62,145 nt of DNA. Origin: a bacterium (GTDB taxonomy: Bacteria > Patescibacteriota > Saccharimonadia > CAILAD01 > JADZBC01). Of the stretch, positions 28,747 through 36,996 are shown in pieces. The notes under the pieces are model-generated. The model was not told the origin of the DNA, ran no database searches, and saw only the letters and a list, made by a program, of their open reading frames with translations. The stretch spans positions 1-62,145 of the forward strand of contig JADZBC010000015.1 of assembly GCA_020852295.1 (NCBI GenBank), read 5' to 3'. Position 1 is the first letter of the stretch; the number at the start of each line of letters is the position of its first letter. A program made the position numbers and the translations under genes.

Positions 28747-29613
28747 CTAAACCGCCTTGCCAGTAGACCCAAATGTGTCCATATGGACCTCAACTACAGA
28801 CTGAATGTCCTCAATCACTGGACCCTCGATCTTTGGCACCGCATACTCTTTTGGATTTTCGGCCAGCGCCTGCTCGAGTCCGGTACGAAACGCTTTGCGC
28901 ATCTCTGAGTTGATATTGATCTTGCTCACACCAACCTTCACAGCCTCTTCAAAAAAGTGTGGCGGCGTACCACTGCCACCATGCAAGCTAATGTAGCAAT
29001 CAAGGCGGTCACGAATTTTCTGCAGAAGCTCAATATCAAGCTTCTTCGGCACCGGATAGAGGCCGTGTAGATTGCCAATAGAAGCGGCGAACGTATCGAT
29101 CTTGGTTTCTTCTACAAATTTCGCTGCAACCTCGGGGTCGGTAAAATGCTTCTGGATCTCAGCGTAATCAATTGTTTCCGTGTGCACATTGGAACTGCCG
29201 GCAAAATATTCAAGCTCCCCCTCTACTAAGCAGCCATGTTCGTGCGCGTAAGGTACGAATTCTTTGGTCATGGCCACGATATCGTCGTAGCTCGTCTTAC
29301 CCTTGTCGGTGACATCCAAGTGAATCAGTTCGAAGCCTGCCTCGACCCCCCTCCGTGCTTCTTCGACACTTGGGGTGTGATCTTGGTTGATGAACATCAT
29401 CACGCCCTCGTCTCGCGCGTTGCGGACGAGATCGACGATATTGTCATAGCCCCAAAAATCTACTTCGCCCTTTGATACCTCAACCAGGACCGGCGACTTC
29501 TTGTTTTTAGCGGCAGCTACTACCGCTTTAAATATTTCTAAGTTATCGATGTTAAAAGCCCCAACCGCAAAATGCTCTTTGCGCGTTCGCTCCATCAAAT
29601 CTTTGTGGTTCAT
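28747..29613 (-). CDS. fba: Class II fructose-bisphosphate aldolase
   Basis: Start at MNHKDLMERTRKEHFAVGAFN, preceded by AGGAGGA. Class II motifs FINQDHT and ISLHGGSGTP. Confidence 0.9.
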   Translation of the reverse strand: MNHKDLMERTRKEHFAVGAFNIDNLEIFKAVVAAAKNKKSPVLVEVSKGEVDFWGYDNIVDLVRNARDEGVMMFINQDHTPSVEEARRGVEAGFELIHLDVTDKGKTSYDDIVAMTKEFVPYAHEHGCLVEGELEYFAGSSNVHTETIDYAEIQKHFTDPEVAAKFVEETKIDTFAASIGNLHGLYPVPKKLDIELLQKIRDRLDCYISLHGGSGTPPHFFEEAVKVGVSKININSEMRKAFRTGLEQALAENPKEYAVPKIEGPVIEDIQSVVEVHMDTFGSTGKAV

Positions 29614-29696
29614 ACATCCTCCTAGTTCATAGTTTAGCGCACTCCTTATATATTGAGAAACGCACAAGTTATCCACAATTTTTTTGATTTCGACTG

Positions 29697-29725
29697 TTGA
29701 CAGGCATAATTCTACAGCTTATATT
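29697..29725 (+). promoter_or_regulatory. Sigma70-type promoter TTGACA-N17-TATATT
   Basis: Read directly from the plus strand. Lies in the divergent fba/surface-protein intergenic region. Confidence 0.55.
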
Positions 29726-29775
29726 GGATTCAGTGCTTGCACACATAAATTACTCAAAAACAAAAACACAATCTG

Positions 29776-29803
29776 AAAGAGGCCGGTTTTTACCGGCCTC
29801 TTT
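29776..29803. terminator. Orphan intrinsic-terminator-like hairpin
   Basis: AAAGAGGCCGG-TTTTTA-CCGGCCTCTTT with T-rich sequence on both sides. Not at the 3' end of any CDS. Confidence 0.55.
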
Positions 29804-29865
29804 CTATTGCAATTAATATTTTGAGGTATTACACTCTATTTAACGTAACAACTATAAAAACAAAA

Positions 29866-32523
29866 ATGAAAAAACCATATCCCAAATATCGACGAGTCCT
29901 GCCGCGAATCTTTGTATCAGTCTTGTTATTGCTGCAGTCTTTCGTCGGACTACTCACCCCGCAAGCCGCGCGTGCCGCAACAGCGCCCAGCGTTCCACAA
30001 AATTTTTATCACACTGTATCGGCTAGCTCCATCACCCTAAATTGGTCAACGCCGATCGACGACGGCGGATCTGCCATAACGGGCTACTACGCGCGCATTC
30101 GCGTCCATGGCGATAGCCTATGGAGTTCTTTGTGGGTACAGAGCAACTTATCCTCTCTTGAATTTGCCGGTCTAACGGCTAATGGCCACTACGACATCGC
30201 TATAGCGGCAATAAATGATATCGGAACGAGTGACGACAGCGTAATCAGCGACATTACTGTCGGTGCCGTTCCAGATGAAGTAGATGGATTCAGCTTCACC
30301 AATAACGGTTCGAGCCTCTATAGTAGCTGGGTTGCCCCCGCGAACCCTGGCTCGAGCGCGATAACCAGCTATGAGTTTGCATACTCATTAGCTGGCGAAA
30401 ATAACTGGGACACATATAGCTTGGCCGCGAATTCTACTTCAGCACAAATTAATGGCCTTTTAGCTGGACGATATGACATTCGTGTACGCGCCATAAATGA
30501 CTTTGGGGCTGGCGACTGGTCATATGTTTACGATCAGTATCTTGGTCCCTACTACTACAACATCACCAACTGCGAGCAGCTACAGGCAATGCAAAATAAA
30601 CTCGACGCCGCCTACAGTCTTGCCAACGACATCGATTGCACAGGGGTGAACTTTACCCCTATTGGCACATCTTCACAGCCATTCTTTGGCAGCCTCGAAG
30701 GCAACGGCCACACCATCTCCAATCTGTACGTTGAAGCGCAAATGGACTATGTCGGTCTATTTGGTGCAATCGACGCAGCCCACATTCAAAACGTAACAGT
30801 TAGTGGTGAAGTGAGCGGTGGCGCCTATACGGGCGGGTTGGCCGGTTGGGCCAATAACTTGGCGGTCATTGACAATGTGACGAGTCATGTAAATATCACT
30901 GGGGGCAGTAATTCTGGTGGGCTGATTGGCTACGCTGCGGGAATCAATAATGAGTACCCGCTCACAATCACCGAAAGCACCGCTACTGGTGAAGTACTTG
31001 GAGGTGACACTGCTGGTGGGCTCGTTGGTTACACGAACTCAGTCGTGGTTACCCGTAGCTCAGCTTCAGGAGCCATTTATTCAGTCGGTGATAATGCCGG
31101 CGGATTGATTGGGCACTCGTCAGGCTCTGAGATCACACAAAGCTTTGCTACTGGGAACGTCATCAGCGGCGCTACCCGCGCCGGCGGGCTCATCGGAGAG
31201 TCCGAGGGAGATGTGATATCCGATAGTTATGCCAGAGGCGACGCCACAACGCCAAACATCTATTATGCCGGCGGGCTCATCGGAGCGATGAACACCTCGC
31301 ACCTCAGTAGGGTGTATTCCACGGGTGTCGTAAATGGCTATGGCATAATTGGCGGTCTCGTGGGCTACAATGTCGGAGCATCGACTATTACCGACAGCTT
31401 TAGCGCAAGCTACGTACTGCCGAGCGATCCGGGCTGGGACGCAAGAGCCAACAATGGTCTGGTCGGTATCGATTACGCCCAAGAGATCACCTATTCGAAC
31501 GTGTTCTATAACACGATCAATAATGCAAATAACTGCACACGAGATGACAACTTCGAAATCGTTAGTTCGGCCGACTGTACCGGCATCAACCTGCAATACA
31601 ACGAAACGATGTTCAAAAAAGCCACTGACGAACCCATCAATGGCTGGGACATTGGCGGTATTTGGCATATCAACAACAACGATTTCCCTACCCTGTCGCC
31701 TAACACTGAGCCGCAGATCCTCTGTGAACAAGCTACTCGTACCGACACAAGCATCAGCATTCACTGTATGACAGAACCTGAGGGTTGGGGCCGAACTACC
31801 TGGGAAATGCAGTACAAGCGATCAGTCGATAGTAACTGGATTAATGTTGCACTTGCCGATATCACCGACGCTAAGGCCACCATTACGGGCCTCACTCCTG
31901 GTACCGAATATATGGTCCGCTTCCGCTTCACTAACGACTGGGGTACCGGCCAATGGGGCCGCATCGATGCCAAAACAAGTGGTGTCGCGCCGGTCGTAAC
32001 GGTTCCAACAGATCAAACGAACAGTTATATAGTTCAACTTACCAATGAAGTAGTCACCGCCGCTCAGCAGGAGTCGATAGATCTAAGTAACGACAAGCTA
32101 TTCTTGAGTGAATCTGGAAAGCAGCTCGATCTCAAACTCAATCAGGTGGTCTACTTTATGGTGAACGGTGAACGCCACAGCGCTACCGTCAAAGAGATTG
32201 GCGCCGACTACGTTATTCTCACGATCGCCTCTACACCTTTCGATGTACGTCTCTCCCTCAATTCTCCGCTAGACATCGACGTCGACAAGGATGGTAAGAA
32301 TGACATTACGATCCAGCTCCTCGCTACCACCAATGGCACCGCTACGCTCAATTTCAAGCAGCTTTCAGAAAAGATTAGTGCCCCTGTCGCCAGCAATGAC
32401 ACTATGATCGGCCAGATCAACAACACTCTGTTTTACCTCTTTATCCTCGGTGCAGTCAGCTTCGTACTCATGCTACTGATCCTTGGCCGTCTGCACGATC
32501 GCGACGACCGCATCACGGCCTAA
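29866..32523 (+). CDS. Large surface protein with FN3-like domains, GLUG-type Gly-rich repeats and a C-terminal TM anchor
   Basis: Start at MKKPYPKYRR with a signal-like segment. FN3-like segments (PSVPQNF...ITLNWSTPIDDGGSAITGY). Repeated GGLIG/GGLVGY motifs. C-terminal hydrophobic helix. Confidence 0.7.
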   Translation: MKKPYPKYRRVLPRIFVSVLLLLQSFVGLLTPQAARAATAPSVPQNFYHTVSASSITLNWSTPIDDGGSAITGYYARIRVHGDSLWSSLWVQSNLSSLEFAGLTANGHYDIAIAAINDIGTSDDSVISDITVGAVPDEVDGFSFTNNGSSLYSSWVAPANPGSSAITSYEFAYSLAGENNWDTYSLAANSTSAQINGLLAGRYDIRVRAINDFGAGDWSYVYDQYLGPYYYNITNCEQLQAMQNKLDAAYSLANDIDCTGVNFTPIGTSSQPFFGSLEGNGHTISNLYVEAQMDYVGLFGAIDAAHIQNVTVSGEVSGGAYTGGLAGWANNLAVIDNVTSHVNITGGSNSGGLIGYAAGINNEYPLTITESTATGEVLGGDTAGGLVGYTNSVVVTRSSASGAIYSVGDNAGGLIGHSSGSEITQSFATGNVISGATRAGGLIGESEGDVISDSYARGDATTPNIYYAGGLIGAMNTSHLSRVYSTGVVNGYGIIGGLVGYNVGASTITDSFSASYVLPSDPGWDARANNGLVGIDYAQEITYSNVFYNTINNANNCTRDDNFEIVSSADCTGINLQYNETMFKKATDEPINGWDIGGIWHINNNDFPTLSPNTEPQILCEQATRTDTSISIHCMTEPEGWGRTTWEMQYKRSVDSNWINVALADITDAKATITGLTPGTEYMVRFRFTNDWGTGQWGRIDAKTSGVAPVVTVPTDQTNSYIVQLTNEVVTAAQQESIDLSNDKLFLSESGKQLDLKLNQVVYFMVNGERHSATVKEIGADYVILTIASTPFDVRLSLNSPLDIDVDKDGKNDITIQLLATTNGTATLNFKQLSEKISAPVASNDTMIGQINNTLFYLFILGAVSFVLMLLILGRLHDRDDRITA

Positions 32524-33230
32524 AACAAATCAGCACTATAGCTCGTCGAGCGCTCTATCAGCCACTCTTTGGCCTCGAGGATATCTATCTCCATCTTAAA
32601 GCTGTCGAACTTCTTTGGCTTTTGATAGGCTTCTTCAAATGTCATCCACTGATTCCGTCCACCCTCAAATTGCTCTAGCAAATCCCCATTCGGCCGAGTG
32701 CCATGCGCAATGAAAAATATCTTGTCCTCAAGCATTTCGCCACTCTCTTCTGAGCTCACCTGCTCATGATAGACGCCCGCTATTCGCCAGTCGGCAGTCA
32801 GACCCGTTTCTTCTAATGCTTCGCGCTCAGCGGTCTGTATGATCGTCTCACCCCAACGTATTTTGCCGGAGGGTAGCCCCCAAAAGCCGTAGTAAGGATT
32901 CTTGAGCCGCTCTTGAAAAGCAAATTGCCGCTTCCCGCCATAAGTCCGCTCAATGCACAGAATGACCGCCGCCTTCGGCTGCCGCTCCACAGTATTGTTG
33001 TCAGTATCGAGCCGATTGGCATACTCCTTGCCGCGCTGTGTCAGACGATATTTACCACGGGCTTCTTTTTCGACCAGCTCCAGCTCGACTAATCGCGCGA
33101 TATGAAAGTTGAAATGATCACTACTCAAGCCAGTCGGACGCTGCAAAGTAGCAAAGCCCGCACTGGGGTGAAACAGTAGCTCGCGCAATATCGAGGTTTG
33201 CGCATCGTGTATTTTGATCTCCAGACTCAT
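32520..33230 (-). CDS. NUDIX hydrolase with N-terminal winged-helix domain
   Basis: 236 aa. Nudix box GKIRWGETIIQTAEREALEETGL. N-terminal MarR-like wHTH (HIARLVELELVEKEARGKYRLTQRG). Confidence 0.8.
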   Translation of the reverse strand: MSLEIKIHDAQTSILRELLFHPSAGFATLQRPTGLSSDHFNFHIARLVELELVEKEARGKYRLTQRGKEYANRLDTDNNTVERQPKAAVILCIERTYGGKRQFAFQERLKNPYYGFWGLPSGKIRWGETIIQTAEREALEETGLTADWRIAGVYHEQVSSEESGEMLEDKIFFIAHGTRPNGDLLEQFEGGRNQWMTFEEAYQKPKKFDSFKMEIDILEAKEWLIERSTSYSADLF

Positions 33231-33373
33231 GATTGTCTCCTTATTGATTGTAGTTATCAGATAAGGACGCGTCCACCGTAACTGTAAACAAGTCTAGAGT
33301 TTAGTTCTAGTAAAGTATGCTTCACCTTTTCGCTAGTCATACAACCCAAAAGCCCTAGGTTTGGGCGTAACTA

Positions 33374-33703
33374 CTACAGGATGTCGAGTGATTCACCAAC
33401 CTGATTAGCTAAATGGGCGATTTTTTCAGCCGCCTCGAGATTGTCGCCGTTGGCCATATGCGCATGTAGCTGATCGTTATCGCGGACTATTAGTACGAAA
33501 TGGGTTCCGACGAGATCGTAAAAGTCGATGATAGCAATGGCGATACTATCTTTCGCTGAGAGGATGATGATCTGCTGGTCGCAAAGCTTGCGTACCTCCT
33601 CAGCCGTCCGCTGCATAGTAAGCTCATCTTCTTTTGTACCATCGTGAATGAAGATGATAGCCGGACCCGGCTGGTCTTTAATCTTAGTAAAATCGAGTGC
33701 CAT
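33374..33703 (-). CDS. Hypothetical protein (109 aa, low GC)
   Basis: Only the low-GC C-terminal part of the 224-aa track ORF looks real; start at MALDFTKIKDQ. The upstream part of that ORF is an off-frame read into high-GC DNA. Confidence 0.45.
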   Translation of the reverse strand: MALDFTKIKDQPGPAIIFIHDGTKEDELTMQRTAEEVRKLCDQQIIILSAKDSIAIAIIDFYDLVGTHFVLIVRDNDQLHAHMANGDNLEAAEKIAHLANQVGESLDIL

Positions 33704-33751
33704 ACAGACATTATACACAATGATGTGGCGAGGTATTTTAGTACAAATGCG

Positions 33752-33813
33752 AAAGGCCCTGGAATATCCAGGGCCCGTGGGGCCGGGAGTCCATGCTCCC
33801 AGCCCCGCCTCTT
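33752..33813 (-). repeat. Conserved 3'-UTR module, copy A
   Basis: Shares the blocks AAGAGGCGGGGC, ATGGACT and GGGCCCTGGA.AT.TCCAGGGC.TTT (minus-strand reading) with 35941-36010. Confidence 0.7.
33755..33775 (-). terminator. CCWGG-stem hairpin after the 191-aa gene
   Basis: GGCCCTGGA-ATA-TCCAGGGCC, followed by TTT on the minus strand. Confidence 0.55.
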
Positions 33814-33821
33814 GGTGGTGA

Positions 33822-34397
33822 TCAGCCCTCGGCCGCGACCTCCGGGTCGGAGGGCGTGTGGTCGTTCGGGTTCTCGTTGGGCAGGTACTTCCAGCCCGGG
33901 CGACGCGCCTTGCAGGCCTCGATGGCCGGCTTGGCCGCCGCGGCGCGGAGCTCGATGTAGCGGTCCACGATCTCGCAGAACCATCGCCAATCGGACTCCT
34001 GACGGCCGCCGGACACACCGCCCTCGTAGCCGCGGTACTCGCCGGCACCCTCGAAGGGGAAGTCGCCCGGCTCGACCAGATCAGGGCGCGTCAGCGCCTC
34101 GACCGAGTTGCGGCCGGTCCGCAGGTAGAAGCGGATCTTGCCGACGACGTTCATCAGCAGCCCCTCCGGGCCGGTGAACTTGTCGCTCTCCTCGCCGGAG
34201 ATGAGGCCCAGCTCGACCGCGGCCAGGATCTTCTCCGCCGGGTCATCCCAGCTGAGGCCATGGCCCTGCTTCAGGATGATGCAGGCCAGGTCGGTGTCCT
34301 CACCGTAGTTGGTACGGATCAACGGCACCTTCACGTCGAGGAACCAGACGTACATCTGGTCCGAGATGTCGATGCCGAAGCGGTTGTCTGCGGGCAT
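33822..34397 (-). CDS. Hypothetical protein (191 aa, high GC)
   Basis: Balanced amino-acid composition, unlike the overlapping Arg/Ala/Pro-rich antisense ORFs. SD AAGGAGGG 5 nt upstream of the ATG. Own consensus promoter. No family recognised. Confidence 0.6.
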   Translation of the reverse strand: MPADNRFGIDISDQMYVWFLDVKVPLIRTNYGEDTDLACIILKQGHGLSWDDPAEKILAAVELGLISGEESDKFTGPEGLLMNVVGKIRFYLRTGRNSVEALTRPDLVEPGDFPFEGAGEYRGYEGGVSGGRQESDWRWFCEIVDRYIELRAAAAKPAIEACKARRPGWKYLPNENPNDHTPSDPEVAAEG

Positions 34398-34454
34398 GAC
34401 GCCCTCCTTGTTGTCGTAGCGGGGTCACCGCCACCCCACCATAGGGGTCATAGC

Positions 34455-34483
34455 ATAATACTATATTTGTTATGTTTTGTCAA
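34455..34483 (-). promoter_or_regulatory. Near-consensus promoter TTGACA-N17-TATTAT driving the 191-aa high-GC gene
   Basis: Plus strand shows ataata at 34455-34460 and tgtcaa at 34478-34483, within an AT-rich spacer inside the island. Confidence 0.6.
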
Positions 34484-34497
34484 TATATGTAAGTATC

Positions 34498-34519
34498 AAA
34501 AAACCAGGGATAAACCTGG
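34498..34519 (-). terminator. Intrinsic terminator (CCWGG-stem hairpin + T6)
   Basis: Minus strand reads CCAGGTTTATCCCTGGTTTTTT. Confidence 0.65.
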
Positions 34520-34542
34520 CAGTGCAAATAATCTAAGTTGGA

Positions 34543-34556
34543 GACAGTTGTAGGAC
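34543..34556. repeat. Inverted repeat arm IR2-L (GACAGTTGTAGGAC)
   Basis: Perfect reverse complement of 35408-35421. Confidence 0.9.
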
Positions 34557-34563
34557 TCCGTAA

Positions 34564-34591
34564 GGAGGGCGGGGCCGAAGCCCCGCCCTCC
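34564..34591 (-). terminator. GC-rich 3' hairpin (11-bp stem) after the 232-aa gene
   Basis: GGAGGGCGGGG-CCGAAG-CCCCGCCCTCC. No U-tract, so possibly a stabiliser rather than a terminator. Confidence 0.5.
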
Positions 34592-34629
34592 TCCGGGGTG
34601 TGGGTGAACTCTGGAGGGGCTGCTCGCCG

Positions 34630-35328
34630 TCAGGCGCTCGTGGTCGGCGCGCCCTGGTCCACGTCGGAACGCGGCGACAGGTGCTCGTCGCCCATCGAAC
34701 CCTCGGCGGAAGCCGCCGACTCGTCGGTCCACCAGGGCGTCTGGCCCTGGCGCTCGGCCTCGCGGGCCATGCCCTCGTCGAACATCACGGCGAGCCGGTC
34801 GTTCTGCTCGGTGATGAACCGATCGAGGTCGCGCACCAGGTCCTGGTACTTCTCCGTCGCCGTCGTGAGCGCGAGGCGCTCGACGGCGATGAAGTCGTCG
34901 AGCATGGTGTCGTGGTGCGCGTCCGGGTTCTGCTCGTGCCAGAGCACGTGCTTGGCGTTGACCCGTGCCTGCGCCGTGGCCACGTCGGCCTTGGCGTGGT
35001 GGATGGCCACCTCGCGCTGGCTGACCATGGCGGCCAGCCGCTCGACCTCGGCGGAGTGCTCGAGGACCCAGGGCTGGATGGCGCTGGGCGGGGCCGAACG
35101 GATGGCGTCCTCGTAGATCGCCCGGCGGAGCCGGTCGAGACCGGGGCCCTCGACGCCGATGGTGGCGTCGATGACGATGGCGCCGTCGAGCAGGTCACCG
35201 AAGTCGCGCTTGATCATCTCCCGGAGCTGTGGCGGCAGATCGGCGAGCATGTCGTCGATCGAGCCGAAGCCCAGGGTGGTGTCGGTGGTGCTGGTGCTGC
35301 GGCCGCGCAGCAGGTCGAAGAGGTTCAT
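34630..35328 (-). CDS. Hypothetical protein (232 aa, high GC)
   Basis: Start at MNLFDLLRGR, preceded by GAGAAAGAGAGG. Helical, acidic protein with no family recognised. The overlapping 291-aa plus-strand ORF looks like an off-frame artefact. Confidence 0.6.
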   Translation of the reverse strand: MNLFDLLRGRSTSTTDTTLGFGSIDDMLADLPPQLREMIKRDFGDLLDGAIVIDATIGVEGPGLDRLRRAIYEDAIRSAPPSAIQPWVLEHSAEVERLAAMVSQREVAIHHAKADVATAQARVNAKHVLWHEQNPDAHHDTMLDDFIAVERLALTTATEKYQDLVRDLDRFITEQNDRLAVMFDEGMAREAERQGQTPWWTDESAASAEGSMGDEHLSPRSDVDQGAPTTSA

Positions 35329-35407
35329 GGGGAACCTACCTCTCTTTCTCCCCTCGTGGGGAGACAAATTAGAACTGTTTCTAAGCTGTCTTCCCAGAAG
35401 GGAGAGT

Positions 35408-35421
35408 GTCCTACAACTGTC
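35408..35421. repeat. Inverted repeat arm IR2-R (GTCCTACAACTGTC)
   Basis: Perfect reverse complement of 34543-34556. Lies in the predicted 5' UTR of the 232-aa gene. Confidence 0.9.
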
Positions 35422-35456
35422 AAAAAACACAGCCTCAAAAAAAGCTGCGAATTCCT

Positions 35457-35484
35457 ATGCTACCACAACTACTAAAAAAGTCAA
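35457..35484 (-). promoter_or_regulatory. Promoter TTGACT-N16-TAGCAT for the 232-aa gene
   Basis: Plus strand shows atgcta at 35457-35462 and agtcaa at 35479-35484. Confidence 0.45.
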
Positions 35485-35490
35485 TACATA

Positions 35491-35539
35491 CGAAAACACC
35501 CCGCCGGCCCGAAGGCCGACGGTTGGTCGGTGTTTTCGG
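35491..35539 (-). terminator. Long GC-rich hairpin + T-run after the 95-aa gene
   Basis: Minus strand reads CCGAAAACACCGACCAACCGTCGGCCTTCGGGCCGGCGGGGTGTTTTCG. Confidence 0.6.
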
Positions 35540-35561
35540 ACTGACGGGGCAGTTGGGTGAC

Positions 35562-35849
35562 TCAGGAAGCTGTCTGGAGCCGGGCTGGCGCCAGATAGAG
35601 TCCGTAACCCCCTTCGGGTAGTGGGTGGCAGTAGAGCCAGCCCACCTGGAGTGCCCGCTGCAGGCCACGTAGCACGCGACCCTTGGTGGTGTGCATGTCA
35701 GCGGCCATCTGTTCGATGGTCTGCCAACCGGCCACCCCACTGCCGGAGATGTAGTCGATCACATCCTGGCAGTCGTGGGCGCGCAACAATTCATGCCAGC
35801 GCGACAGCAGCCACAGCAGTGGCAGCGCCCCCAATATGATGAGTACCAT
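35562..35849 (-). CDS. Small protein with N-terminal TM helix and wHTH-like C-terminal part (95 aa, high GC)
   Basis: MVLIILGALPLLWLL, then IEQMAADMHTTKGRVLRGLQRALQVGWLY. Weak family evidence. Confidence 0.45.
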   Translation of the reverse strand: MVLIILGALPLLWLLSRWHELLRAHDCQDVIDYISGSGVAGWQTIEQMAADMHTTKGRVLRGLQRALQVGWLYCHPLPEGGYGLYLAPARLQTAS

Positions 35850-35940
35850 GCTTTCCCCCAGCTACTCATGTGTGCAGCCCCGATCTGGAGCTTGGCATCA
35901 AAATACCACGATCACACAAAAAAACAAGTATAAATATTAC

Positions 35941-36010
35941 AAAAGCCCTGGATATCTCCAGGGCCCAGGGGCTGATGGATCCTATTGCAGTCCATCACGC
36001 CCCGCCTCTT
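35941..36010 (-). repeat. Conserved 3'-UTR module, copy B
   Basis: See 33752-33813. Includes the terminator hairpin GCCCTGGA-TATC-TCCAGGGC (35945-35964) followed by TTTT on the minus strand. Confidence 0.7.
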
Positions 36011-36015
36011 ATGCT

Positions 36016-36996
36016 CTACTCCTTGGTCTCCTTCTCTACGGTGCCGACGTTGTGGCCGTCGTAGCGGATCTGGACCCGCCCTTCGTCACGACCGGCGTTG
36101 ACCGCTCGGATCCAGGCGTCTCGCATGGCCCGTTCGGCCTCATCGGTTGGAAGATGCTCGAAGTCACGCGGCGAGATCGGGTCGCAGACCACCGCCAGCA
36201 CCACCCGCCGCCAAGGCAGGAATCCTGGTCGGATGATCGGATCGTCCTGCGAGACCCCCACGATGGCGATGGGCAGCAGCGGCACGCCGGTACGACGCGA
36301 CACCCGGATGGCTCCGAGGAAGCCGCCCTCCACCGTACTGGAACCCTTGCGGGTACCTTCGATGAAGAACTCGGCACTGAAGCCCTGGTTGATCCGTCGC
36401 TCCACCTCGATGAGGGCCTCCTCGGGCTTGTACGAGCGCATCTGGAGACGATGGATCTTGTCCAGCCGGTTGTGCTTCGGGTGGTAGCGGCCGTCCAGCT
36501 GGGGTCGGAACATCGGGAAAGCCCCGTTGATCAGGCACCAGTTGGCCAACCAGCGCGGTCCGCTGACGAACCACGGCTTGCAGGTCCACACCAGCGGTCG
36601 TCGGAACGACCCCGTGATGAGGATGTCCCGCTCATCGGCGTGCGTTGGCGCCACGATGATCGGCCGCTGACCGCGGTTGTCGATCGGTGCCTTGGTGCCT
36701 CGCAGGTAGAAGCGGGAGTACTGCTTGAGTCCCCCGGGCACCTTCTGCTTGTCGATGAAGACGCGCTTCACCAGCAGGCTGCCGATCAGCAGGATGAATC
36801 CCCGAAAGAAGGGGTACTCCCACCAGCTGCCGCGACCAGTCGCCCGGCGCAGGAACTTGCGTCGCTGGGCGTCCTCCTCGTCGGTGAGGAGCCAGGGCAC
36901 GATGTCACCCTTCTCGAAGTCCTCGTCGGTGACGACGGTGCCATCCGGCAACGTGTACTTCCGAGGCTCCATCACTGGCTTCATTGGTGCTGTCAT
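36016..36996 (-). CDS. Lysophospholipid/1-acyl-sn-glycerol-3-phosphate acyltransferase family protein (PlsC-like)
   Basis: 326 aa, high GC. HX4D catalytic motif (APTHADERD), FIEGTR block, TM segment FFRGFILLIGSLLV. Confidence 0.78.
   Translation of the reverse strand: MTAPMKPVMEPRKYTLPDGTVVTDEDFEKGDIVPWLLTDEEDAQRRKFLRRATGRGSWWEYPFFRGFILLIGSLLVKRVFIDKQKVPGGLKQYSRFYLRGTKAPIDNRGQRPIIVAPTHADERDILITGSFRRPLVWTCKPWFVSGPRWLANWCLINGAFPMFRPQLDGRYHPKHNRLDKIHRLQMRSYKPEEALIEVERRINQGFSAEFFIEGTRKGSSTVEGGFLGAIRVSRRTGVPLLPIAIVGVSQDDPIIRPGFLPWRRVVLAVVCDPISPRDFEHLPTDEAERAMRDAWIRAVNAGRDEGRVQIRYDGHNVGTVEKETKE

Noticed and set aside
29669-29677. A perfect DnaA box TTATCCACA in the fba/surface-protein intergenic region, raising the possibility of oriC.
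   Set aside because: It is a single box with no cluster, no adjacent dnaA/dnaN and no obvious AT-rich unwinding element pattern. That is insufficient for an origin call.
33374-34048. The 224-aa minus-strand ORF taken as one gene.
   Set aside because: It is a chimera. The first 115 codons are an off-frame read through the 3' end of the high-GC 191-aa gene and its terminator module. Only the low-GC part from MALDF (33703) downward is plausible.
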